A DNA stretch of 64,000 nucleotides from a virus: positions 1 through 64,000 of IMG/VR virus record IMGVR_UViG_3300024261_000015; one strand, given 5' to 3'. Positions within the stretch are counted from its first letter, which is position 1. Each line of letters begins with the position of its first letter. Positions 1 through 10,024 of the stretch are shown piece after piece. The position numbers and the translations under genes were made by a program. A model generated the notes under the pieces. The model searched no databases. It was not told the DNA's origin and was given only the letters and a program-made list of their open reading frames with translations.

Positions 1-1288
1 TCTTACTACTCTTACTTCTACCACTCTTACTACTACAACCTCTACTACTAACATTCCTACTATTACTACTCTTACTACCCCAACTACTCTTACTACTACC
101 CCCACTACTCTTACTTCTACCACTCTTACTACTCTTACTACTCTTACTACTACCCCCACTACCCTCACTACTCTTACTACTCTTACTACTACCCCCACTA
201 CCCTCACTACTCTTACTACTCTTACTACTTCTACTTCTACCACTGGACTTGTCACGACTTTAACAGTACCAACACCTCCTCACCTACCTACTTCTCCCAC
301 CCTCACCCCAGCGACTACAACAGTAACCATGCTCGACGTCCAGCAGCCAGGATTACCACAATACGATTGGATGGGCGCTGCTGCTGACGGTACGGGAACA
401 CCTTTAGAGTTTAGCGCTGGAGGAGATTTTACCTTTAGCGGTTTCGGTAGCCGAATTCATGTGTGGAATATATGCGATACGTCTCGTATCCGTATGGCTG
501 GAGTGTTGATTAATAAAGCTGACCCTTTAACTTCATGCTGGAATAATGACTGGCACGGCCCTACAGGAAGATGGTACAACGGCGCCGCTTGTGATTATTA
601 TGGTAAGTATGGCCTGTACTCAGAAAATAAATGGGAGGGGCATAGTTTCCGTAATCAGGGAATTTTCCGTCTTATGGTGGGAGTTCAAGGAGACTTAAAG
701 AGTCTTGTGGAGTCTTATTACTTAGAATCAGGTTCTGGGTCTGCACCACTACCTCAACAAGTTACAGGTCTTGGTTCCCCCGTAGACCAGTTAAATGCTC
801 AAGGGTATCAAACCGCTTTTGATATAGGCACTACCCTCGCAGGCACGGACCCTACAAGCGCTAATATCGTTAACGAGAACTCATCTAGTTCTGTTTCAGG
901 CGTCTCTCATATGTTTGGAGGCGGACTAGCAGGTTATTTCCAAGAGCCTGGAAAGGTTAATGGCTTGTGGACTCATGCTTCTATACGCGATGGCGGAAAT
1001 ATGAAATTTCAGTACGGGGAACTTCACCCTGTATTTGCGGTTCCTCCCCTTGGAATGAGGTGGGAAGGTTACTTAGATAATATGCTGGATGAAAGTGCGC
1101 TGGGTACTTTTGCAAATGCTAAACATGCTGGTAATAAAAAGATTTCTCTTGTTTCTGTGTACCGCTCAAACAAACTTCCTTATGATGGTGGTGAGGGTAG
1201 AGACGGTATCGGAGAGTTTGACCGCGAGATATCATTCGGCCAAGGGCTGAGGTCACTAAATATATTTGAACTTAACCAATTAGTATAA
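1..1288 (+). CDS. Probable virion structural protein (5'-truncated) with a long Thr/Leu/Pro-rich mucin-like region
   Basis: The frame of ORF 329..1288 is open from base 2 (LTTLTSTTLTTTTSTT...TPTTLTTLTT...), so the gene starts before the window; it lies upstream of the head genes. Confidence 0.7.
   Translation, partial: LTTLTSTTLTTTTSTTNIPTITTLTTPTTLTTTPTTLTSTTLTTLTTLTTTPTTLTTLTTLTTTPTTLTTLTTLTTSTSTTGLVTTLTVPTPPHLPTSPTLTPATTTVTMLDVQQPGLPQYDWMGAAADGTGTPLEFSAGGDFTFSGFGSRIHVWNICDTSRIRMAGVLINKADPLTSCWNNDWHGPTGRWYNGAACDYYGKYGLYSENKWEGHSFRNQGIFRLMVGVQGDLKSLVESYYLESGSGSAPLPQQVTGLGSPVDQLNAQGYQTAFDIGTTLAGTDPTSANIVNENSSSSVSGVSHMFGGGLAGYFQEPGKVNGLWTHASIRDGGNMKFQYGELHPVFAVPPLGMRWEGYLDNMLDESALGTFANAKHAGNKKISLVSVYRSNKLPYDGGEGRDGIGEFDREISFGQGLRSLNIFELNQLV
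2..245 (+). repeat. Low-complexity coding repeat (CTTACTACT / ACCCCCACT units = LTT / TPT)
   Basis: Tandem degenerate 9-nt units visible directly. Confidence 0.9.
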
Positions 1289-3057
1289 TGGCGAACATAA
1301 AAAGAAACATTAGATATTATCAACCAAACGACCCATATTACTGGGAAGTGGATAATCTACCCCTTACGGACTTACTTAGCAATGACGTAGTATTAGAGAA
1401 TAGGGTTAATGAGCTTGAAGCTCTTTTAGCTGGTTTTGGTGCTCCTAGCAATAAAGGAAAGGTTTCTTTGAACTCTATCTCCGATTTAAAGGCGTGGGCC
1501 GAGCCCCTGTCTGGAACGTCGTCTGATTTTGGGAAAATCTTCGTTAGGCCTGGTAAATTCATATCTCGAATGCAGTTACCAGCTACACGGGAAAGTGGCT
1601 GGCGCATGATGAGAGATGAATCTTCTTTATTTAATAACGAAGAGTTCCTACATCAAGGCACTAACATGCTGGACACTACCACCTTAACGCCCTTTGCAAG
1701 AGAATCTCGTGGCGTGGCACGAACTGCGTTAGTCGAATTTTACGCTAATATAGATGGAAGCGATAAGAGCATTGCGATTGATTCCTTCAATGCTGAAGAC
1801 TTCAATGAAGGCGCAGCTCCCTATGAGAGGTTAGATTTAATTTACATTAAAGGTACTAAATCTTTAGATACCGACGGAGATTCTTCAACCGCAGTTCCCA
1901 CGCATTTTCAGGACTCTCTTAGTTCGGCATCTCTAGGGGTTATAAAAGGAGCTTATTTTAGAACAGACCGTGCTGGCGGAGTGCGTACTAATGGTACACG
2001 TTTCCTAAACCCGTTAAGCAGAACTAGTGGACGGACTACTGGGATGTCCATGGCAGAGTTGCCTAGAAATACAAGCCTTCCTGGGTTTGGTACGGTACCG
2101 ATGCCTGAGGACCTTAATAATTTTGCATGGCATTCTACCAACTCCACAACTGCTACGGCTTTAGCTGCCTTACAAGTAACTACGCAGGCTTCATTTTCAG
2201 TTCCCGTGGCATATGTAAGAGTTCCCAGTAACTACACCGTAGGGGACCCAATTTCCCCAGACCGTATAATTGATATTCGACCCTTCTTTAGAAGTGCAGA
2301 ACTTACAGGCTCTGAGCGTCAAGCTGTAGCTTCCTCCTGGGACCCTAATGGAGATAATCCTTTTATGACTAGGTCCCATTTTTTGAGTTTCTATACTCCT
2401 TTGGAGAGTAGGGTTAGTTCTGCTGAGAATAATATTGCAAGTAATGCAGGGAGTATTGATGTCAATAGGTCTCAGATTTTTACTTTAAATGACTCTGTAT
2501 CTACGTTAGAACTATCCGTAAGTGGCACAGGCACTCAACCAACTCATTCATCCTTAAACCACGAAGGTCGTATTGTATCTCTGGAGAGTGCGGCAGGAGG
2601 AGGCAGTGGAGGAGGAGGTACTACTCTCCCTACTGAACATACGATGTTCTTATCAGAACCTTACACAGTGTTTAGTTGGCAATTGCAATCTAGCTTAGGC
2701 TCTTCAGCCTCCCCCCGTCAATGGATTATCTCTGGTATTCCTGCGTCGGATGCTCCTAATGTGGTAGCTGTTCAATTCGTCGTAAAGTCTGACGGGCAAA
2801 CCAGTGATACTGACGAAGTTAATATTGTTCAAATGTCTGGTGGAGTTCAAAACATGCATCCTGTTAGTATGTGGGGCGTTGCTCAATCTAATGGTGACCT
2901 ACGTAGAAATGCAGGAAGCTTTAATACTTTTATGCATGATGTAGATATTGTTACCACGCCTACTGGAGCACAATGTGTTATACATACAGCCGTAGACCAA
3001 GGCTCTAGTGACGTTAGACATTCCATTTATGTGACTGGTTACATTGTATCCAGGTAA
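1288..3057 (+). CDS. Putative tail/baseplate structural protein with coiled-coil and Gly linker
   Basis: 589 aa; contains an IIDIRPFF motif, a heptad segment and GGGSGGGG; structural context. Confidence 0.55.
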   Translation: MANIKRNIRYYQPNDPYYWEVDNLPLTDLLSNDVVLENRVNELEALLAGFGAPSNKGKVSLNSISDLKAWAEPLSGTSSDFGKIFVRPGKFISRMQLPATRESGWRMMRDESSLFNNEEFLHQGTNMLDTTTLTPFARESRGVARTALVEFYANIDGSDKSIAIDSFNAEDFNEGAAPYERLDLIYIKGTKSLDTDGDSSTAVPTHFQDSLSSASLGVIKGAYFRTDRAGGVRTNGTRFLNPLSRTSGRTTGMSMAELPRNTSLPGFGTVPMPEDLNNFAWHSTNSTTATALAALQVTTQASFSVPVAYVRVPSNYTVGDPISPDRIIDIRPFFRSAELTGSERQAVASSWDPNGDNPFMTRSHFLSFYTPLESRVSSAENNIASNAGSIDVNRSQIFTLNDSVSTLELSVSGTGTQPTHSSLNHEGRIVSLESAAGGGSGGGGTTLPTEHTMFLSEPYTVFSWQLQSSLGSSASPRQWIISGIPASDAPNVVAVQFVVKSDGQTSDTDEVNIVQMSGGVQNMHPVSMWGVAQSNGDLRRNAGSFNTFMHDVDIVTTPTGAQCVIHTAVDQGSSDVRHSIYVTGYIVSR

Positions 3058-3063
3058 TTAATA

Positions 3064-3555
3064 ATGAAAAACCTAGTTTTAATCCTTGTCCTCTGCATTT
3101 TAGCGTCTTGTCAGACCTTAGCAGGTGCTCTCGGAGGAGGGGTAGGAGGAGGTATTGGTGCTGCCTTAGGAGGACCTCCCGCTGCTGCTATTGGCGCGGT
3201 TGGAGGTGTCATCGCTATGGAGTCCTTAGTGGGAGGTGCTACCTCTACAGATAAGGTTGCTGCCGCTACAGGTCAACCTCAAGGTGAGGTAGCCTCGGCC
3301 GCACGCGAAGCAGGTAGTTTACTGCATACTGTAGGATGGTGGTACTTAATACTATTTGTATTGTTACCCTTACTAACTAAGAAAGGTCGAACCTGGATTA
3401 AAAAATTCACCTCTATACACAATTCAGTGTCCAAACAGGACATTGATGACCTTGTAGAAAACACAGTTTCTAAAAAAGACGTAGATGACCATGCAGAGCG
3501 TCTACATAAGTTGGAGGGATTTCTTTCCTCCATAAAACCAAAAAATAAATCATGA
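3064..3555 (+). CDS. Putative lipoprotein/membrane protein with glycine zipper
   Basis: Signal ending LASC, GGGVGGGIGAALGG, second TM segment WWYLILFVLLPLL. Confidence 0.6.
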   Translation: MKNLVLILVLCILASCQTLAGALGGGVGGGIGAALGGPPAAAIGAVGGVIAMESLVGGATSTDKVAAATGQPQGEVASAAREAGSLLHTVGWWYLILFVLLPLLTKKGRTWIKKFTSIHNSVSKQDIDDLVENTVSKKDVDDHAERLHKLEGFLSSIKPKNKS

Positions 3556-3962
3556 AGTATTTGAACGAAGAGTCCCAATTTACGCGCATCTCTGACGAGC
3601 ACGCTCGGTCTATGATGGAAAGCATGGGCTATACAGTCCCTCCCAAAACAACTATCGTTTCCGACGTTTATGTGAACGAAGGTCGTAGGTTCTCCTTAGC
3701 AGAAGAAGTTATTGAGGCTGATGACAATGAACTCTATGTTCGGCTAGACGAGCTTAACGAGAGTAGCATTACTCATGTCGATGAAAGTGGTCGGGAGTCT
3801 CTTTTGGAGGCTATCTCTTTCGAAGAAGAAGAGTATGTTCTTGAGGGTCTTTACGATGATGGGGAGGGTGGATTATTCGCTCGCCTAATCGGTGAAAGTT
3901 TCGATGTCGTTGAAGAAGACGAAGAAGAGGACGAAGATACTGACGAAGACGAAGAGGCGTAA
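3552..3962 (+). CDS. Acidic hypothetical protein
   Basis: 136 aa with D/E tail, translationally coupled to neighbours. Confidence 0.6.
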   Translation: MKYLNEESQFTRISDEHARSMMESMGYTVPPKTTIVSDVYVNEGRRFSLAEEVIEADDNELYVRLDELNESSITHVDESGRESLLEAISFEEEEYVLEGLYDDGEGGLFARLIGESFDVVEEDEEEDEDTDEDEEA

Positions 3963-3964
3963 TT

Positions 3965-5338
3965 ATGAGTAAGAGTATTGCTATGATGGCCGATGAAATC
4001 TTAGAGGGGATGACGGCAACCCCTCACTCTGTAGCAGGTACAGGTGCCGCAGGACTCGTAGAGGGTCAGGGAGAACTTCCTCCTATTTCAGATGAGGCTC
4101 GTTCTGCTTTACTGTCTGAATGTATGGGCGCAGTGACCGAACTTGACGAGTTGGACTTATCCAAGCCTAGCGAAGAGACTGAGCAAACGAAGAAAAAGAA
4201 AGCTGAGTGGGAGAAAGAGCATCGCGAAAAGCGTAGAGCGCAATCTAGGGCCGCTTCTGTTCGTGGTAACCGTTTAGAGCCTGGAGAAAGTGAGCGCCAA
4301 AGTGTGCATACGACCAGTCGAGGTAAGCCAAAAGGTACCGCAGGTCATCGGGATACGCGCTCAGGGGCTGATGGAGATAGGCATGCACAAACTGCTAAGC
4401 ATTGGAGGGATGAGACCGAACGGGCTGGTAACCCTACGGGCCCTAAAGGTCGTAGCGCTACGGTAATTCCTGGACGTGGAGGTGTTAATCTTGCTAAGAG
4501 TGGTCATAAAGCTGCTATCAATCGCAGTCGTGAAGAACGCGGAGCCTCCAAATTAGAAGGTGTGACCGTCACTAAGACTAACAGAACGATGACTCTTATC
4601 GACGCCAGTTCTCATCGTGAGCGTATCGCTAACAAGAAGATGGTTAGAGGCGCTCCTATGACTGATGCTGAAAAAGCACAAAAGCGTAAGACTTATAAGC
4701 GTAAGCCTGGACAGATGAGCAGCGACTCTTCTAAGCTTGGCTCGTCCGTTGTTGGTCAAAATTACGAATCCAAGAGCTATAAGCCTATCCTAGAGAAGAA
4801 GAAATCTGAAGCTGATGCATCAGCGGCCTCCGAAAAATCGGATTTTTGCCCTAAAGACGCTCCGCAAGATGGTGCGGACCCTAGGCAACAACAGCGAACT
4901 GGCGCAGCCATGAAAAGTGTCATGGCGGACACTCCTGACGAAGAAGCTGCGGAAACTTCCCGCAGGAAAGATATTGATGCTACTAAAGCTGAGAAGAAAG
5001 CTAAAAAGAAAGCTAAGGCAGCATCTAAGTTGACGAAGGAGCAGCGTGAGATTATTCAAAAAGCACGCGCTATCTTAGATGAGATGACGTCTACTGGAGG
5101 CATTGGTGTTGGAAAGATGAGCGGTAGTTCTAACAGAGCTTATGATACCGATGGAAAGCCCATGGGTAAAGATGATGTTAAGATTGAGCCCGTTGATAAG
5201 TCTCTACGTAAGTTAGACAAGTCGAAGTCCACTAAGAAAGGCAAGAAGAAAGTTGCTAAAAAGAAGAAAGAGCTTAAAGTTACTAAAGAATCTTTTGAAA
5301 ACTTCCTAAGCCTTATTGTTACCGAGTCCCAAAAGTAA
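3965..5338 (+). CDS. Lys/Arg-rich disordered protein, possible internal head/core protein
   Basis: 457 aa, highly charged, directly upstream of the prohead protease. Confidence 0.5.
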   Translation: MSKSIAMMADEILEGMTATPHSVAGTGAAGLVEGQGELPPISDEARSALLSECMGAVTELDELDLSKPSEETEQTKKKKAEWEKEHREKRRAQSRAASVRGNRLEPGESERQSVHTTSRGKPKGTAGHRDTRSGADGDRHAQTAKHWRDETERAGNPTGPKGRSATVIPGRGGVNLAKSGHKAAINRSREERGASKLEGVTVTKTNRTMTLIDASSHRERIANKKMVRGAPMTDAEKAQKRKTYKRKPGQMSSDSSKLGSSVVGQNYESKSYKPILEKKKSEADASAASEKSDFCPKDAPQDGADPRQQQRTGAAMKSVMADTPDEEAAETSRRKDIDATKAEKKAKKKAKAASKLTKEQREIIQKARAILDEMTSTGGIGVGKMSGSSNRAYDTDGKPMGKDDVKIEPVDKSLRKLDKSKSTKKGKKKVAKKKKELKVTKESFENFLSLIVTESQK

Positions 5339-5949
5339 TGCTGTTAAAAGACATATTTTCGTTTGGAGAAATTACTCTCCTATCTGAAGGACGTGGAAAG
5401 GGTCCTGTAAAGTTCCGTGGTATTTTCTCAGAGTGTGAGCGTCCTAACGGGAATAAGCGGATTTACAGTCGTACCTTGTTAGAGCGTGAAGTTAAGAAGC
5501 TTCAAAGCCAGATTGGGGACCGCCGCCTTTTAGGTGAGTTAGACCACCCCTCCGATGAGATTGTCCATTTAGGGAATGTCTCTCATGTTATTACTAATCT
5601 TAGGATGCAAGGTAATCACGTTATGGGGGAGGGTGAGGTTCTTAATACCCCTGCTGGAAAGGTTCTCACCGAACTGCTTAAAGCTGGTGTAAAGCTTGGC
5701 ATTTCTTCTAGAGGTACAGGCTCTGTAGATTTAGATGAATCAGGTTCCAATTATCTCGTAGGAGAGAATTATAACATGATAACGTTTGATATGGTCTCCG
5801 AACCCTCAAGCCAAGATGCTTTTCCCTCCATTTCTGAAAGGCGAGAGTTAGTATCCGAAGCTCGTAAACCCATCGTCGAAGAGCTTGAACACTTCCACAA
5901 TGACCGAATTTATATTACTGCGCTGAAAAGGAAACTTGGCAAGATTTAG
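5338..5949 (+). CDS. gp21: Prohead core protease (T4 gp21-like)
   Basis: NGNKRIY, LGELDHP, VSH, GISSRGTGS and FDMVSEPS motifs. Confidence 0.95.
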   Translation: MLLKDIFSFGEITLLSEGRGKGPVKFRGIFSECERPNGNKRIYSRTLLEREVKKLQSQIGDRRLLGELDHPSDEIVHLGNVSHVITNLRMQGNHVMGEGEVLNTPAGKVLTELLKAGVKLGISSRGTGSVDLDESGSNYLVGENYNMITFDMVSEPSSQDAFPSISERRELVSEARKPIVEELEHFHNDRIYITALKRKLGKI

Positions 5950-6007
5950 AAAAAAACCGCCTCCCTCCTTCCCGCTTAGTAAATAATCAGTAGTAGAGAA
6001 ACTAAAC

Positions 6008-6616
6008 ATGAGTAACCACATAGATAAAATTGTTGAAGCGCTTCCCGAAGGTCTTACAGAGACTGGAATTGAGGAAGTTGCTGTATTGCTTGACGAGGTC
6101 GTAGAAGACCGTGTTGCCGAAGAGGTTAAGTTACTTGAAGCTAAAGTAAAAGCATTCCTGCGTACTAAACTTGACGAGCTTAAAGGGACCGCGCAGCGGG
6201 AACTTGAGGCCGATAACAAGCTTGTTCGCGCATATAAGGTTTTCGAAGCCGTTAAGACGATTGTTGCTGCCGAGCTGGAAAGCGAGGACGTGACTAGTGC
6301 TGTTAAGACGTACGAAGTAGAAAACACGAGACTTCAAAGCGAGGTTGTATCAATCAATGTTCAGCTCGAAGAATCTCTCAAAACAGTCAATCTTTTGGAA
6401 TCCAAATTGGACCACCGAGAGAGTGAACTTAGTCAACTTAGTGAGGCACTTGTAGATGAAAAGGAAAAGGCTGAAATTCCTTTCAAGTCCTCCGAGTCGG
6501 CAGTCATGATTTCTAACGAAAGCCATGGCTCCCCAAGTCTTCCAGCAGCAGCCCTGGAGAATTTCTTCCTGAACGAGGACGTTATACGTTTGTCCAACCG
6601 TCAAGAAAGGAGTTAA
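6008..6616 (+). CDS. gp22: Prohead scaffolding protein (T4 gp22-like)
   Basis: Acidic coiled coil between protease and major capsid protein. Confidence 0.75.
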   Translation: MSNHIDKIVEALPEGLTETGIEEVAVLLDEVVEDRVAEEVKLLEAKVKAFLRTKLDELKGTAQRELEADNKLVRAYKVFEAVKTIVAAELESEDVTSAVKTYEVENTRLQSEVVSINVQLEESLKTVNLLESKLDHRESELSQLSEALVDEKEKAEIPFKSSESAVMISNESHGSPSLPAAALENFFLNEDVIRLSNRQERS

Positions 6617-6623
6617 AAAAATT

Positions 6624-8213
6624 ATGTTAAATAAAGAAATTTCTAATACTCTATGCGAAAAGTGGAGCCCAATTCTTGAAGGTGTTGCCGACCAGTACAC
6701 TCGTGAGACTACTGCCGTCCTCCTTGAGAACCAAGCACGCCACATTTTAAATGAAGCGCAAAAGGATGGAATGTTATCCGAAGCCACCCCTGGCCAAGCA
6801 CCAACTTCTGTTGGTACTATCGGTACATTCCAAAAATTTGCGTTTCCGCTCGTTCGTCGGGTTTTCCCCGAATTGATTGCCAACAAGATTTGTGGTGTTC
6901 AGCCCATGCAAGGCCCCGTATCCCAGATTTTCTATCTAGGCTACGACCGCGCATCTGAAACCCGCCGTCAAACCATTTACAGCAAGTACAACCTCACCTA
7001 TGGCCAAGAAGCCATTGGGGATGCTACTACTCAGTGGAGTGGCGCGTCTCTTGATAGCATGAACGTGGGCGCGGATAACTATTCTGCTCTTGATACGTCA
7101 AACATCAAGGCAAACCAGATGACCGTTCCTTCGGCTACTGTCGGAGGTCAAATTGCTGCGTTCCCTGTTTCAGGCCGCACGGCTGGTTATGATGTCTCTA
7201 CGGGTGAAGTTCTTGGTACGACTAAGATTCCTAACGGAACTCTTTCGTCTCTTTTTCATGATGATACCCCCTACGGTACTATCCCTGAGATTAACTTCCA
7301 CATCGAGCAACAGGCCATTACGGCTCGTACTCGTAAGTTCCGCGCTCTGTGGACCTTGGAAGCGGCTCAGGACCTTCGTGCCTATCACAACCTTGACCTT
7401 GAGCGAGAACTGACTGACCTTCTTGGTAAGGAAGTTGCTCTTGAGATTGACCGTGAGCTTGTTGAAGATATGCGTTCCATTGCGTACGATATGTCTGGTG
7501 GTTCTTTCCAACGTACTATGTTGGACCTCCCGAACAGTAACAACATTACTGGTACGGGTACGAACCAAACGGTTTTCGACCCGACAAACTTCCTGTATGA
7601 CACGGTTGGTCTTTCCGCCGCTCCTGGAGGTGGTCAGTATCAAACGAACCGCAACATTTACTTTGTTGATTTCGCTTCTACTGCTCTTAACGTTAGCCCT
7701 CGTCACGTTGGTCAGTCATACGCAAACCTTCTTGCAGTGCTTAACTTCGCGTCGCAGGATATTTACAAGACGACCTATCGTGGTGCTGGTAACTGGATTG
7801 TTACTTCTCCGCTTGTGGCCGCTATCCTTAACTCCGCTTCCAAACTTGAAGGTGGTGTGAAGGCTGGTAACTGGGAAGGCCAACTTGGCGCTAACATCAA
7901 CTACGCTGGTAAACTCCAGGGCATGTTCGATGTTTACGTTGACCCGCTGTATCCCGATGACGAGATGATGATGGGCTACAAAGGCTCCTCCCCGATGGAC
8001 TCTGGATTCGTGTACTCTCCGTACATCCCTCTTCAGATGTTGCCTACCATCACCGACCCTGAGACGTTCCAACCTCGTAAGGGCTTGCTCACTCGCTACG
8101 GTAAAGCCGCAGTGACTCCTGAGTCTCGCTTCTTCCGAATTATCCGTCTTATCGGTGCAGGTACGAACTACATGTTCCGTCCTGGTGTTCGTAACAACGC
8201 TACGCTAAACTGA
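6624..8213 (+). CDS. gp23: Major capsid protein (T4 gp23-like)
   Basis: EKWSPILEG, LLENQ, GVQPMQGP, WTLEAAQDL, EIDRE, YSPYIPL and FQPRKGLLTRYG motifs. Confidence 0.98.
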   Translation: MLNKEISNTLCEKWSPILEGVADQYTRETTAVLLENQARHILNEAQKDGMLSEATPGQAPTSVGTIGTFQKFAFPLVRRVFPELIANKICGVQPMQGPVSQIFYLGYDRASETRRQTIYSKYNLTYGQEAIGDATTQWSGASLDSMNVGADNYSALDTSNIKANQMTVPSATVGGQIAAFPVSGRTAGYDVSTGEVLGTTKIPNGTLSSLFHDDTPYGTIPEINFHIEQQAITARTRKFRALWTLEAAQDLRAYHNLDLERELTDLLGKEVALEIDRELVEDMRSIAYDMSGGSFQRTMLDLPNSNNITGTGTNQTVFDPTNFLYDTVGLSAAPGGGQYQTNRNIYFVDFASTALNVSPRHVGQSYANLLAVLNFASQDIYKTTYRGAGNWIVTSPLVAAILNSASKLEGGVKAGNWEGQLGANINYAGKLQGMFDVYVDPLYPDDEMMMGYKGSSPMDSGFVYSPYIPLQMLPTITDPETFQPRKGLLTRYGKAAVTPESRFFRIIRLIGAGTNYMFRPGVRNNATLN

Positions 8214-8234
8214 TAGCTAGTAAGTAGTTAATAT

Positions 8235-8275
8235 AAAAGAGGGTCGCACTTTTTAAGGTGTGGCCCTCTTTGTTT
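8235..8275 (+). terminator. Rho-independent terminator after the capsid gene
   Basis: AAAGAGGGTCGCAC...GTGTGGCCCTCTTT hairpin followed by Ts. Confidence 0.8.
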
Positions 8276-8594
8276 GTCTATATACAGTAGAGGTACCTCT
8301 ATGCAAAGAATCACATATACGAATACGCGCTCCACTACCGTTAAACTTAAGTTAAGTACAGGTTACGCCCTACTCCCAGGAGACAGCCAGATTATACTAG
8401 GAGAGCTGGTTGAGGCTCCTTCCTATGTAGTTATTGGAGAGGGACTCCCCCCTCACGTGTTAGGAGTGGATGAGAACTCAGTTTCTGTAATGGAAGCTCC
8501 TGTTGTGGAAGCTCCTGTTGTGGAAGCTCCTGTTGTTACTCCCAAAAAAAAATCAACTAAGAAAACCCCTAAGAAAACTGTCTCAGAGGAATAG
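8274..8594 (+). CDS. Hypothetical protein with EAPVV x3 repeat (likely start ATG 8301)
   Basis: ORF; GAGG before ATG 8301. Confidence 0.55.
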   Translation: MSIYSRGTSMQRITYTNTRSTTVKLKLSTGYALLPGDSQIILGELVEAPSYVVIGEGLPPHVLGVDENSVSVMEAPVVEAPVVEAPVVTPKKKSTKKTPKKTVSEE

Positions 8595-8597
8595 TAA

Positions 8598-9470
8598 ATG
8601 AGCTATAGAGCGGTAAAACCTCAAACCCGTTATGGCAATACTTTTGGTAATGTCAGTGGTAGTAACGCTGAGTTAAATTCTTGGGACTACTACGGGGAAA
8701 TTGACTATACAACATTAAACCGTAGGCGGTTTAAAAACCAGACGTACATGTCTGAGTTCTATCAAAGTATCCAAGACTTCGTCTTGGCACGCCTAGGGTT
8801 TCCTGTCGTTAGAGTAGAGCTTACCGAGTTTCAAATAACCACCGCTATTGATGAAGCTATCTCTAAATTAGATTACCACGCACCCGATTGGTGTAATCAA
8901 TTTTGCACCTTCGCAACATCTGCAGGTATCGCTTTGTACGAGTTACCTCAGGTGGTTATGAATAACCTTAAGCAGGCTGTGTATAACAAACAGTTACTAA
9001 ATTTCGCTGCTGCAAATGATACTTTAGAGTTTGATTTCTTTATCAAGTATTTTCAAGATAACTTTCTAGCTAGAGATTTCTCGGTCGGTGACTACTACCT
9101 TACCATATCTCACCTTGAGATGATGCGTAAGATTCTAGGTAATGATGGAACCTTCAATGTAGTTAACGGTAGGTTTTTAAATATTGCGCCTACACCCCAA
9201 GGCCAGCAGGAAGTTTTAGTGGAGTTTAAGGCACTCGACAGTACTACGTTACATCCGTATTTTATTAGCTGGCTTCAAAAATATTCTTTAGCTATTTCTA
9301 AAGTTATTTTAGGTCAAATTCGCGGGAAATATCAAACACTACCTTCTCCTGGCGGAGGGGCTCAATTAAATGGCGAGTCCTTGATTCAGCAAGGTAATGA
9401 AGAACAAGCAAAGCTTGTTGAAGACCTGATGTTAGAAATCGAAGAACCCCCTGGGTTTAGTACCTTCTAA
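8598..9470 (+). CDS. gp13: Neck protein (T4 gp13-like)
   Basis: RLGFPVVRVEL and GQIRGKY...PGGGAQLNG motifs; synteny. Confidence 0.85.
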   Translation: MSYRAVKPQTRYGNTFGNVSGSNAELNSWDYYGEIDYTTLNRRRFKNQTYMSEFYQSIQDFVLARLGFPVVRVELTEFQITTAIDEAISKLDYHAPDWCNQFCTFATSAGIALYELPQVVMNNLKQAVYNKQLLNFAAANDTLEFDFFIKYFQDNFLARDFSVGDYYLTISHLEMMRKILGNDGTFNVVNGRFLNIAPTPQGQQEVLVEFKALDSTTLHPYFISWLQKYSLAISKVILGQIRGKYQTLPSPGGGAQLNGESLIQQGNEEQAKLVEDLMLEIEEPPGFSTF

Positions 9471-10024
9471 TGGCTGACCGTAAACAGTTTCGGACCTCCT
9501 CCAAAATTGTTGGAGATACATCGTTAGAGACTAACGACCAGCTCAACCTATACGATTTAGATAATCCCGATATCGAGATGTTCAATCTTGTAGACGATGA
9601 GCTAATTCGTTTAAGCGGGTCTAAAATTCTCCTTTATAAGTTTTATAGGAGGGAAGGGTTAAAAGATAACGTGTACGGAGAGGATTCTCAGAAGGCTATT
9701 TCAGATACCCCCCTAGTTCTTCATGGTCATTATGAAGCTCAAGCTTTAGAGGAGAACCTAACAGAGTTTGGTATCGAGATAACGAGTGAACAGCTTTTTA
9801 CGTTCAACAGGAGTTATATTGATAAACTGGTGGGACGGCCTATAATTGCTGGTGATATTCTACAGCCTGAGTTTCAAAATTTAAAGTACGAGGTTTTTGA
9901 AGTTCAAGAAGACCAGTTTGATATTTATGGTGTGTATCACTTAGTTTGTGCCGCTAAAGTACTTCGCGACGACGAAGATATTACGAGAGAAGAGGAATCC
10001 TTCCCTCAGGATGAGGTGTATTAA
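9470..10024 (+). CDS. gp14: Neck/head-closure protein (T4 gp14-like)
   Basis: DNVYGED, LTEFGI and P..GDIL motifs; synteny. Confidence 0.75.
   Translation: MADRKQFRTSSKIVGDTSLETNDQLNLYDLDNPDIEMFNLVDDELIRLSGSKILLYKFYRREGLKDNVYGEDSQKAISDTPLVLHGHYEAQALEENLTEFGIEITSEQLFTFNRSYIDKLVGRPIIAGDILQPEFQNLKYEVFEVQEDQFDIYGVYHLVCAAKVLRDDEDITREEESFPQDEVY

Noticed and set aside
5848-8072. Long antisense and alternate-frame ORFs over scaffold and capsid genes (and similar ones elsewhere)
   Set aside because: Expected by-product of codon bias in highly expressed genes; no independent motifs
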